This document shows positions 18,194 to 26,142 of a stretch of 35,511 nucleotides of DNA, piece by piece; the first letter of the stretch is position 1; each line of letters starts with the position of its first letter. This DNA comes from Candidatus Azambacteria bacterium GW2011_GWA2_42_9. Lineage in GTDB: Bacteria; Patescibacteriota; Minisyncoccia; UBA10092. Where the stretch lies: NCBI GenBank assembly GCA_000994805.1, contig LCEQ01000006.1, positions 1 through 35,511 of the forward strand. The letters are read 5' to 3'. Both the position numbers and the translations under genes were made by a program. The notes under the pieces were generated by a model that was not told the origin of the DNA, did not search any database, and was given only the letters and a program-made list of their open reading frames with translations.

Positions 18194-18928
18194 ATGGCTG
18201 TAAAGAAAAAAATTGGGCTGGCGCTGGGGGGCGGGGGAGCGAAAGGACTTGCCCACATAGGAGTTATAAAAGCGCTTCTGGCCGCCGGGATTGACATTGA
18301 TTATATCGCCGGAACCAGCATGGGAGCTTTGGTAGGCGGGTACTATGCCGCGACTAAAGATATAAAAGCGCTGGAAAATATGGCCTATTCACTTAAAAGA
18401 AGCGATGTTTTCCCTATAACCGAAATACTGAAACGAAAAGATGGAGCACTTTTCCGGGGACAATCGGTGGTTAATATTCTTAAAAAAGAATTTGGTGATA
18501 TTAAAATAGAGAACTGTAAAATTCCTTTCGCCGCTATAGCAACCAATGCTAAAAACGGCGATGAAGCGCGTTTAGATAAAGATAGTTTAATTAATGCCGT
18601 CAAAGCCAGTATTGCCATTCCGGGAGTTTTTTCACCGGTGGAAATTGATGGAAAAATTTTAATGGATGGGGGGCTGGTAAATCCGGTACCGGCCGATGTC
18701 GCACGCCAGATGGGCGCCGAATATGTGATTGCCGTTGATGTTTCAAGTAAATGGTTCATGGCGCCGGAGAAATTGGCAAACACCAGTGATATTTATTCGG
18801 TAATGTCAAGCGCCTTGTCCATAATTGAATATCAAGTGGCAAAAATACCTTTAAAAAGCGCTGATATTGTTTTGCGGCCTCCGGTTTTAAATTATGATTG
18901 GTTGGATTTTAGTAAGGCCAAAGAATAA
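18194..18928 (+). CDS. patatin-like phospholipase (RssA/NTE family)
   Basis: GGGGAKG, GTSMG, DGG motifs; C-terminus may be slightly truncated. Confidence 0.9.
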   Translation: MAVKKKIGLALGGGGAKGLAHIGVIKALLAAGIDIDYIAGTSMGALVGGYYAATKDIKALENMAYSLKRSDVFPITEILKRKDGALFRGQSVVNILKKEFGDIKIENCKIPFAAIATNAKNGDEARLDKDSLINAVKASIAIPGVFSPVEIDGKILMDGGLVNPVPADVARQMGAEYVIAVDVSSKWFMAPEKLANTSDIYSVMSSALSIIEYQVAKIPLKSADIVLRPPVLNYDWLDFSKAKE

Positions 18929-18948
18929 ACCGGATTAAAAAAGTGAAT

Positions 18949-18978
18949 CCCCGGGGCGCGCTGCTGCGCGCCCCGGGG
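18949..18978. terminator. 12-bp all-GC hairpin between convergent genes
   Basis: CCCCGGGGCGCG-CTGCTG-CGCGCCCCGGGG. Confidence 0.65.
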
Positions 18979-18992
18979 TGTTTGTTCCCGAA

Positions 18993-19343
18993 CTACTCTG
19001 AGTCGAGAACGATGATCATTCTCGTTTTCTTTCGAGTTATCCGTGATTTTTCCGTAAGAGGAGCCAAGATCACCTTGGTAGCTGGCGTGTGAGCACTGTG
19101 AGTATTCCGACTTAACGCCAATTGCCTGGCTTCAACAATTGTTTCCGGCCAGTTTTTATGGCCGTGACCCTCTGGGCATCTGTACCAATTCATTACTGGA
19201 ATTCGATTAGTAAATTTTGGCCTAAGACTGCGGTATGTGGCTCCCAAATGCCGAAGTGGGCACAATACATCGGGACCACTAATTTGTACCAGTTCTAGCT
19301 TTTCTACACTTAAACCCGACAGATCGCATAAATCGAAAGTCAT
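18993..19343 (-). CDS. hypothetical protein with two CPxxH motifs (possible Zn binding)
   Basis: AAGGAGG SD before ATG 19343; CPLRH and CPEGH. Confidence 0.6.
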   Translation of the reverse strand: MTFDLCDLSGLSVEKLELVQISGPDVLCPLRHLGATYRSLRPKFTNRIPVMNWYRCPEGHGHKNWPETIVEARQLALSRNTHSAHTPATKVILAPLTEKSRITRKKTRMIIVLDSE

Positions 19344-19421
19344 GATCAATTCCTCCTTATGGAGAAAATTGATGGCATGCATACTAAAATTCAGCGCAAT
19401 GCTGATTTAGTATGTGATTAT

Positions 19422-19450
19422 ATTATATTACAATAAATCAGTTCTGTCAA
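19422..19450 (-). promoter_or_regulatory. perfect consensus sigma70 promoter
   Basis: TTGACA (19450-19445), 17 nt, TATAAT (19427-19422). Confidence 0.75.
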
Positions 19451-19561
19451 ATGTATGCATTCAACCGATCGGTTTAATACGTGCATTTTAATCAAAAAAA
19501 TTTTATTTTCATTAAAACTATTATATAATAAAATTAAGTTAAAATTAAATTTAATAAACTT

Positions 19562-20143
19562 ATGAAGTACGAACTGCCCAAATTGGAATACGGCTACGAC
19601 TCGCTTGAGCCGTATATTGACGCCAAGACAATGGAAATCCACCACACTAAGCATCATCAGGGTTATATTGATAAACTTGATGCCGTTTTGGAAAAATATC
19701 CCACAATAGCGGACAAGAGATTAGGGGATTTAATAAAAGAATTACCGACTCTCGCGATAGATGAGACCGACAAAACGGTTTTAAAAAACAACGGCGGTGG
19801 CCATTTGAACCATTCTCTATTTTGGCAGATTATGAGCCCGCAAAAGAATATTGACACAACTCTTGCTGAAGAAATAACAAAAACTTTCAACTCAACTGAT
19901 GAATTTAAAAAGCTTTTTAGCGACACCACAACAAAACATTTCGGAAGTGGCTGGGCGTGGTTGGTAAGAGATGAAGGCGGCGCATTAAAAGTTTACTCAT
20001 TGCCTAACCAAGATTCGCCCTTGGCTTTGGGTCACACTCCGATTTTCGGCTTGGACATTTGGGAACACGCCTATTATCTCAAATACCAGAACCGCCGCGC
20101 CGAATACGTTGATAACTGGTGGAACGTTTTGAAATTATTGTGA
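19562..20143 (+). CDS. sodA: Fe/Mn superoxide dismutase, Mn-type signature
   Basis: HHTKHH, NGGGH, FGSGWAWL, NQD, DIWEHAYY. Confidence 0.93.
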   Translation: MKYELPKLEYGYDSLEPYIDAKTMEIHHTKHHQGYIDKLDAVLEKYPTIADKRLGDLIKELPTLAIDETDKTVLKNNGGGHLNHSLFWQIMSPQKNIDTTLAEEITKTFNSTDEFKKLFSDTTTKHFGSGWAWLVRDEGGALKVYSLPNQDSPLALGHTPIFGLDIWEHAYYLKYQNRRAEYVDNWWNVLKLL

Positions 20144-20455
20144 GGGGTTGACCCCGCCCTTGAGATTTCTATAAAGTAATAAGTATGTTTTATATGTATG
20201 TGCTCTTATTAGATAATGATCAGCTTTACATTGGTTTTACTAATGATCTTAAAAAACGTATTAAATTGCATAAAGAAGGGAAAGTATTCACAACTAAGAA
20301 ATTTCTTCCGGTAAAACTTGTATATTATGAGTGTTATCTTGATAAAGAAGATGCTGAACAAAGAGAATTTATGATAAAAAGATTCGGTAGTACTTACTCC
20401 CATCTAAAAAAGAGAATTACCAACAGTATAAAGAAATCTCAAGGGCGGGGTTGAC
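20144..20455 (+). mobile_element. putative small mobile cassette: GIY-YIG gene bounded by inverted and direct repeats
   Basis: 20-bp perfect IR at 20151-20170 and 20432-20451; 9-bp DR GGGGTTGAC at 20144-20152 and 20447-20455. Confidence 0.6.
20185..20454 (+). CDS. stand-alone GIY-YIG nuclease (UPF0213/SLX1-like)
   Basis: FYMYVL...LYIGFT.DLKKRIKLH..G...T...LVYYE......A..RE. Confidence 0.9.
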   Translation: MFYMYVLLLDNDQLYIGFTNDLKKRIKLHKEGKVFTTKKFLPVKLVYYECYLDKEDAEQREFMIKRFGSTYSHLKKRITNSIKKSQGRG

Positions 20456-20478
20456 AGATTCTGTAGATTTGATATACT
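20451..20478 (+). promoter_or_regulatory. sigma70 promoter pointing into the structured region
   Basis: TTGACA (20451-20456), 16 nt, TATACT (20473-20478). Confidence 0.65.
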
Positions 20479-20484
20479 CAAGGT

Positions 20485-20940
20485 AGGTTGGGTAGCGGGC
20501 TAGTAGTAGCCCGTGATTACAGCCCAATCCTGCGACTGACCAACGATGGTCAGTCGCAGGATTGACGGTTCTTTTCTTCTCAACAAAGCCAAAAAATCGG
20601 CGCGGCAGTCTTTGCCAAACACCATCAGACTGTCCGAATCTGCCAGAGACTAAACCCCTGCGGTTTGCTTCTGCCGCGCCAAACAAAAATACCGCCTTGC
20701 GCCTGATCATCAGCGGTCAGGGGCAAGGCGGGACGCCTTCCATGGGAGACGGATGGCTCTTACCGTGGCAAGGCCAGACGGCACAGGCCCACCACCCTCT
20801 ATCCAAGTCCAAGCCATCCTGGATAGAGGCGCACTTTTCCTAACGAATCCCGGCCGCATCTACCAAGCCGCGGCTCGGGTGGCCGCCCAAACCCGTCAAA
20901 AGCGGGCCGTGGGCATGGCAGTCACCAAACGGGAGAGCGG
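20485..20940 (+). ncRNA. candidate large structured non-coding RNA of unknown class
   Basis: GC-rich intergenic region with at least eight helices, long-range pairings and a possible pseudoknot; upstream promoter; no credible ORF. Confidence 0.6.
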
Positions 20941-20949
20941 GAATTTCTT

Positions 20950-21906
20950 TCATTCCAAAACACTCCCAATAAAATCTTTATGGCCGTTTAAAAATTCTTG
21001 CGCTGATAAAATCTTCCCGCCTTCAAGCTGTAATTTTTTTATTATTAAAACACCAGCTCCGCATTTCACTCCCAACAATACCCCAATATTTTCAAGTATG
21101 TTGGGGTGTTGTAATGTAAAGATTTCGCCGATTTGGTGATTATTTTTATCTTCTGAGATATTGGCTTCTATAATTTTAAGAATTTTATTTTTGATATTAG
21201 CGTAAGCGCCCGGCCATGGATAATACGCCCGAACCATTCTTTCAATTTCTTCCGCCGATTTTTGCCAATCAATTTTTCCGTCTTCTTTTTTTATTATTTT
21301 CGTATAAGTCGCTTTATTGTATTCTTGGGGAACCGGTTTTATTTTCCCCGAGATATAATCGGGAATTGTTTTTATCAAAAGTTCCGCCCCCAATTCAGCA
21401 ATTTTTTTAGAAAGTGTTTCATAAGTATCGCCATTAGCTATAAGCAATTTGCTATAAGCAATCACTGCTCCGTGATCCATTTCTTCATCAACTTCCATAA
21501 TCGTCACGCCCGTTTCTTTATCGCCGTTTAAAATGGCCGTTTGGATGGGCGAAGCACCGCGGTAATAAGGAAGAAGTGAGCCGTGGACATTTATAAAACC
21601 ATAAACCGGTATGTCTAAAATTTCTTTTGGTAAAATTTTTCCATAAGCGGCGATAATTGCCAGATCCGATTTTAAATTTTTAAATTGTTCTAAAAATTCC
21701 AAATTATCGCGCAATTTTTTAGGCTGGAAAACCGGAATGTCGTGTTTTTCCGCCAGCACTTTTGCTGGCGGGGGAGTGAAAATCTGTTTTCTGCCAACCG
21801 GCTCGTCGGGATTTGTGACAACCGCTGCCGGCGTATAGCCAACATCTATCAATTTTCCCAAAACTATCGCCGCGAATTCCGGCGTCCCGAAAAAAACGTA
21901 TTTCAT
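20950..21906 (-). CDS. fmt: methionyl-tRNA formyltransferase
   Basis: FFGTPEFA, AAYGKILP, INVHGSLLP.YRGASPI, MDHG. Confidence 0.96.
   Translation of the reverse strand: MKYVFFGTPEFAAIVLGKLIDVGYTPAAVVTNPDEPVGRKQIFTPPPAKVLAEKHDIPVFQPKKLRDNLEFLEQFKNLKSDLAIIAAYGKILPKEILDIPVYGFINVHGSLLPYYRGASPIQTAILNGDKETGVTIMEVDEEMDHGAVIAYSKLLIANGDTYETLSKKIAELGAELLIKTIPDYISGKIKPVPQEYNKATYTKIIKKEDGKIDWQKSAEEIERMVRAYYPWPGAYANIKNKILKIIEANISEDKNNHQIGEIFTLQHPNILENIGVLLGVKCGAGVLIIKKLQLEGGKILSAQEFLNGHKDFIGSVLE
21076..21111. repeat. 36-bp imperfect palindrome, in-frame in fmt
   Basis: CAATACCCCAATAT-8nt-ATGTTGGGGTGTTG; encodes QHPNILENIGVL. Confidence 0.7.
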
Positions 21907-22379
21907 GATTTGTTTTCTTCAACTTTATATAATTTGTCCGCTTTATCAATAAAAAGAGTTCCGTTCAGGTGATCCATTTCATGCTGAACGACGCGCGCCA
22001 AAAGCCCTTTGGCCCGAATTTTAACCGGTTTGCCGTTTTCGTCCAGCGCCTTGATGGTTAGTTTTTTAGGACGCACTACTGGCCCCCAAGTTTTTTGAAC
22101 CGATAAACAACCCTCTTCAAAAGGAACTTTTTCAGAAGATATATCCTTAATTTCCGGATTTATAAAAACGTAAATTTTGCCTTCAATATTAACAGTAAAA
22201 AGCCGCAGAGAGCGCCCGATTTGAGGCGCGGCTAAACCGATGCCGTTAGCCGCTTTCATGGTTAAAATCATGTCCGCGACGAGCTTTTGTATTTCAGGCG
22301 CTTTTGGATCTTTTACCGGTTCGGACTTTTTTCTTAGCACCGGACCGCCTTCTTGTATTATTTTTAACACTTTTTCCAT
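21903..22379 (-). CDS. def: peptide deformylase
   Basis: GIGLAAPQ, EGCLS, QHEMDHL. Confidence 0.96.
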   Translation of the reverse strand: MEKVLKIIQEGGPVLRKKSEPVKDPKAPEIQKLVADMILTMKAANGIGLAAPQIGRSLRLFTVNIEGKIYVFINPEIKDISSEKVPFEEGCLSVQKTWGPVVRPKKLTIKALDENGKPVKIRAKGLLARVVQHEMDHLNGTLFIDKADKLYKVEENKS

Positions 22380-22602
22380 AAAATTGAGTTTCCTTTTTTA
22401 AAATCCCCATAAAATATCTTCCTCTGTCGCCGGCTTTGATTTTTCCTTCGTTATGGGCAAGTTTTACCAAACTTAAAATTCTTCTTAAAAACGACTCGTC
22501 GTAAATTTTAGATAGACGAAAATATACTCCCTTGTGTTTTTCATCTCCCAGTCCTTCAACTAAATCCCACGCCAAAACTTGATGTTTAGTAGTCAATGCC
22601 AT
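22294..22602 (-). CDS. hypothetical protein
   Basis: 102 aa; basic C-terminus overlaps the def start by 86 nt. Confidence 0.6.
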   Translation of the reverse strand: MALTTKHQVLAWDLVEGLGDEKHKGVYFRLSKIYDESFLRRILSLVKLAHNEGKIKAGDRGRYFMGILKKETQFYGKSVKNNTRRRSGAKKKVRTGKRSKSA

Positions 22603-22680
22603 TACTCTTAAAATATCACAAAAAGCTTTAAAAGAAAAATTTTACTTTTTTTAATAATTAGGATATACTGAAATAGTTTT

Positions 22681-23916
22681 ATGTCCACGGAAAACAGAAA
22701 ATACATATATTTGGCGGTTGTTGTTGTCCTTATTGCCGTATCTTTTGGCGCCGGTTTTTTTTATGGCGCAATAGAAAAATTACCCCACTCGGTGCAGGGG
22801 ATTATCAACCAGGAATTCGGCAAGCCGAAAGAATTTGATTTTTCGCTTTTTTGGGAAGCATGGGACAAGCTCAACGAAAAATACGTTGATCAAAACAAAT
22901 TAAAAGAAGATAAGCTTTTATACAGCGCTGTTTCCGGAATGATTAAGGGAGCGGGGGATCCTTACACTGTATTTTTCCCGCCCCAAGAATCAAAAAGTTT
23001 TAAGCAAGACGTTAGCGGCAGTTTTGGAGGCATCGGCGCTGAAATCGGTAAAAGAAACGGGTTTTTGGTGATTGTCGCCCCGCTTGAAGATACCCCCGCT
23101 CAGCGAGGCGGCTTTCTGGCGGGAGATAAAATTTTAAAAATAAACGGCGAACCGACGGATGACATAACGGTTGAAGAAGCGGTGACAAAAATTCGCGGCG
23201 AAGTCGGTACTAAAGTCACGCTTAATATTTTAAGAGGCAACGACGGCGCCAAAGCCAAAGATATTGTTATTGAACGCGCTATAATTAAAATACCGATTAC
23301 CAAACTCGAAACGCTCAAGAACAATAAAATAGCTCATTTATCATTTTACAGTTTTACTTCAACGGCGCCTTTTGAATTTCAGCAGGCGGCAGCAAAAATT
23401 CTAGCGACAACCGGATACAAAGGCATAATTCTGGATTTGAGAAATAATCCCGGCGGATACTTGGAAGTGGCCGTTGATATCGCCGGCTGGTTTTTTGACA
23501 CCGGAGATTTAATCGCCATAGAACAATTCGGCCAATCGGAACAAAACCAAAAAACCGAGTTTCGGGCCAGCGGCTTGGGCGCTTTAAAAAACTATCCAAT
23601 GGTAGTTTTGGTCAACCAAGGCACGGCTTCGGCCGCTGAAATTTTAGCCGGAGCTCTAAGGGATAACCGCAATATTAAATTAGTCGGAGACAAAACTTTC
23701 GGCAAGGGTTCAGTCCAAGAACTTATTAATTTTAAAGACGGTTCTTCTTTGAAAGTAACCGTTGCCAAATGGCTCACCCCTAAAGGGGTTTCTATTTCTG
23801 ACCATGGACTTGAACCGGATTATAAAATCGCGCCGACCGAAGAAGATATTGCCAAAAATAAAGATCTTCAATTGGATAAAGCGGTGGAAATATTGGAAAA
23901 AATGTTAAATAAATGA
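22681..23916 (+). CDS. ctpA: S41 carboxy-terminal processing protease with PDZ domain
   Basis: DPYT, GIG, DLRNNPGG, TASAAEI, TFGKGSVQ. Confidence 0.92.
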   Translation: MSTENRKYIYLAVVVVLIAVSFGAGFFYGAIEKLPHSVQGIINQEFGKPKEFDFSLFWEAWDKLNEKYVDQNKLKEDKLLYSAVSGMIKGAGDPYTVFFPPQESKSFKQDVSGSFGGIGAEIGKRNGFLVIVAPLEDTPAQRGGFLAGDKILKINGEPTDDITVEEAVTKIRGEVGTKVTLNILRGNDGAKAKDIVIERAIIKIPITKLETLKNNKIAHLSFYSFTSTAPFEFQQAAAKILATTGYKGIILDLRNNPGGYLEVAVDIAGWFFDTGDLIAIEQFGQSEQNQKTEFRASGLGALKNYPMVVLVNQGTASAAEILAGALRDNRNIKLVGDKTFGKGSVQELINFKDGSSLKVTVAKWLTPKGVSISDHGLEPDYKIAPTEEDIAKNKDLQLDKAVEILEKMLNK

Positions 23917-24362
23917 AAATAGCCCTGCTTCAAAATGTCCCGAATTTGGGGGAAAAAGGCGAAATTAAGGACGTAAGCGACGGTTACGGCCGCAATTTTC
24001 TTATAAAAAGAAAATTGGCGGAAATTTTAACGCCAAAGCTTGAAAAACAATTGGCGCTTCAAAAAGAAATGAGAGAAAAATCTAAAATAGTCGTTGCAAA
24101 AAAATATTTAATTTTGAAAAAAAAGATTGAAGAATTAAAATTAACATTTAAAACAAAAATAGGGGAGACAGGTAAAGTTTTTGGCTCAATAACTCCGGTA
24201 AAAATAATTGCGGAATTAAAAAAACAGGGAGTCAACTTGGAAAAAGAACAGGTTTTATCAGAGCCAATAAAAACGCTTGGCGAGCATAAAATAAAAATAA
24301 AACTGCCCCAGGGAATTGAGACGGAATTGAAAATCGCGATTGAGCCAAGCGTTTCTAAATGA
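23913..24362 (+). CDS. rplI: 50S ribosomal protein L9
   Basis: [34 protein letters not shown]. Confidence 0.95.
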   Translation: MKIALLQNVPNLGEKGEIKDVSDGYGRNFLIKRKLAEILTPKLEKQLALQKEMREKSKIVVAKKYLILKKKIEELKLTFKTKIGETGKVFGSITPVKIIAELKKQGVNLEKEQVLSEPIKTLGEHKIKIKLPQGIETELKIAIEPSVSK

Positions 24363-24627
24363 TGTTTATTATTTTGACAACCCTTCTTCTGCCGTCAAAT
24401 CTTTTTATCTTTTTGGTGGAAAATTTAACGAAACCGGACTTTAAAGCGTACAAAGTGTCGTCGGCGCCTCTTTTGACATTTCTGCCGGCAAGCCATTTGG
24501 TTCCTCTCTGGCGGACCAGAATGTTACCGATTTTAACGGTTTCGCCGTCAAAAAGCTTAACTCCCAAACGTTTAGATTGTGATTCGCGGCCCAATCTTGT
24601 TGAACCAGCCGCTTTAGTATGTGCCAT
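24355..24627 (-). CDS. rpmA: 50S ribosomal protein L27
   Basis: [39 protein letters not shown]. Confidence 0.96.
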   Translation of the reverse strand: MAHTKAAGSTRLGRESQSKRLGVKLFDGETVKIGNILVRQRGTKWLAGRNVKRGADDTLYALKSGFVKFSTKKIKRFDGRRRVVKIINII

Positions 24628-24652
24628 ATTAGTTGGTATAATATAACAAATT

Positions 24653-25006
24653 ATGGATATAAAATCAAGATATCAAAATTATATTATTACCGGCTTAATT
24701 TTAGTATTCGGTTTTTTAATTGGATTTGGTTTTGATCGGCTTATTAATTCAAATCAAGCGACGCCGATTATTATTGATAAAAATGTTAAAATCGGCCTGC
24801 CCGTGCAGCAACCGGAATTTTCGGAAAATTCTACCAAATCATTCAATTTTACCGGAGGCAATTTTATCGCTTCAATTAACGGAAATAATTATTACCCCTC
24901 AGATTGCCCTTCGGCAAAAAGAATTAAGGAAGAAAATATGATTTGGTTTGAAAGCGCCCAAGAAGCGGAAACTCAAGGATATAAACCGGCGCAAAACTGT
25001 AGATAA
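24653..25006 (+). CDS. membrane-anchored protein with an Ada metal-binding-like C-terminal domain
   Basis: N-terminal TM; ASING..YY...C......EEN..WF.S..EA...GY.PA..C. Confidence 0.7.
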   Translation: MDIKSRYQNYIITGLILVFGFLIGFGFDRLINSNQATPIIIDKNVKIGLPVQQPEFSENSTKSFNFTGGNFIASINGNNYYPSDCPSAKRIKEENMIWFESAQEAETQGYKPAQNCR

Positions 25007-25048
25007 CCCCCATGGATTTACAAATTATATTTGATATATAATTGAAAC

Positions 25049-25714
25049 ATGAAATGGTTATCAGCTATTTTAGCGGCAATATCGGTTTTATTTAATAACG
25101 ACGCGCCGAAAGTTGAAACGCCGGCTGTTTTGAATTCAGCGATAATTGCCTACACCGACACTTATTATGTCCCGACGGTGGCTGATCCGGGCAATTTTCC
25201 TCGCGCCAAAACAATAAAACTAACCGTTTCCGTGCCGGCTCCGGTTCAGCAACCGACACCACCGCCGCCGACACCGCCAATATCTCCGCCTCCCGCTCCA
25301 CCACCTCCACCCTCGCCCCCTCCAGCTGGAGATCCGTATCTCGCACTTGTTGAACCGGTAACATCTTGGCTTAGGATGAACTTTACGCTGGCTGGAGATG
25401 GCTTTGAGACCCCGCAGCCGCGGGAATTTGGCGAAATTAAAATTGACCGCGAATATTGGAAAATTGAAGTCTTTTCTTATTGGGCTGTTGGTGTTACGCC
25501 GCTAAAGCCGCCTGTTGAAAATGATTACTTCAAGTTAGAGGTTTATGAAAAGGGGACAAACAAACTGATTTACACAATGAGATCCGGAAAAGAAGATTCT
25601 TTTCATAAATTCCAGGTTTTTAAAAAATCCGGAGAATATTATTTTAAAACTTATACCAAACCGATAATGACATATGAAATAAACCTGTTTGTTTCACCGA
25701 AAATCGCGCAATAA
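25049..25714 (+). CDS. secreted hypothetical protein with a proline-rich linker
   Basis: Signal-like N-terminus, poly-Pro tract, beta-rich C-terminal domain. Confidence 0.7.
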   Translation: MKWLSAILAAISVLFNNDAPKVETPAVLNSAIIAYTDTYYVPTVADPGNFPRAKTIKLTVSVPAPVQQPTPPPPTPPISPPPAPPPPPSPPPAGDPYLALVEPVTSWLRMNFTLAGDGFETPQPREFGEIKIDREYWKIEVFSYWAVGVTPLKPPVENDYFKLEVYEKGTNKLIYTMRSGKEDSFHKFQVFKKSGEYYFKTYTKPIMTYEINLFVSPKIAQ

Positions 25715-25793
25715 TTTTTGACGTGTAATAATGGGGGATAATAGATTTTAAGATTGATTATACGTCGGACAATATCCATTTTGCGACGTTATT

Positions 25794-26123
25794 TTATTTT
25801 ACGGGGCAAAGCACTTCGTTAATTTTATTTTCAATCGGCGTTTTAATAGAATCGGTTATTTTATTTAAAGCCTTGGCCGTTAAATCTCCGATGCTGATAT
25901 TATCTTTTATATTTTCGGCTAAATTTTTAATATTAACATTATTTAACAAGCCATTGTCCTGATTAATAAATTTTGGCAAGATATTTTCTAAAACGATTTT
26001 TGGGATATCGATACCGCCAGGAACTACTTCATTGCCCTTGATTGATATGGATTTTTCGGTATTAACAACAAAATACAGCGACAAAATCCCCAAAATTATT
26101 CCTAAAATTATAAGAGTTTTCAT
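25794..26123 (-). CDS. hypothetical protein with an N-terminal membrane anchor
   Basis: 109 aa; TATAAT 8 nt upstream of ATG. Confidence 0.65.
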   Translation of the reverse strand: MKTLIILGIILGILSLYFVVNTEKSISIKGNEVVPGGIDIPKIVLENILPKFINQDNGLLNNVNIKNLAENIKDNISIGDLTAKALNKITDSIKTPIENKINEVLCPVK

Positions 26124-26142
26124 TAATTTAGATTATATTTGT

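Noticed and set aside
20640-20660. Group I intron R element (CAGAGACTAAA)
   Set aside because: No downstream TAGTC partner for P7 and no interrupted host gene; the segment can pair locally with AGTCTTTG
20828-20845. RNase P RNA on the minus strand (AGGAAAAGTG resembles GAGGAAAGTCC)
   Set aside because: Imperfect match and no 3' P4 partner found; should still be excluded formally with cmscan
20447-20926. tmRNA (GGGGTTGAC start, ACCA near the end, pseudoknot)
   Set aside because: No GGxTTCGAC after the 5' end, no T arm, and no 3' acceptor strand pairing with GGGGTTG
20417-21139. ORFs 20417-20710, 20562-20843 and 20753-21139
   Set aside because: No SD or recognisable motif, atypical composition; better explained as chance frames across GC-rich structured sequence
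24355-24362. Convergent overlap of rplI and rpmA
   Set aside because: An 8-nt tail-to-tail overlap is ordinary in compact genomes
25255-25325. C-rich repeat tract
   Set aside because: Explained by a poly-proline linker with mixed codons
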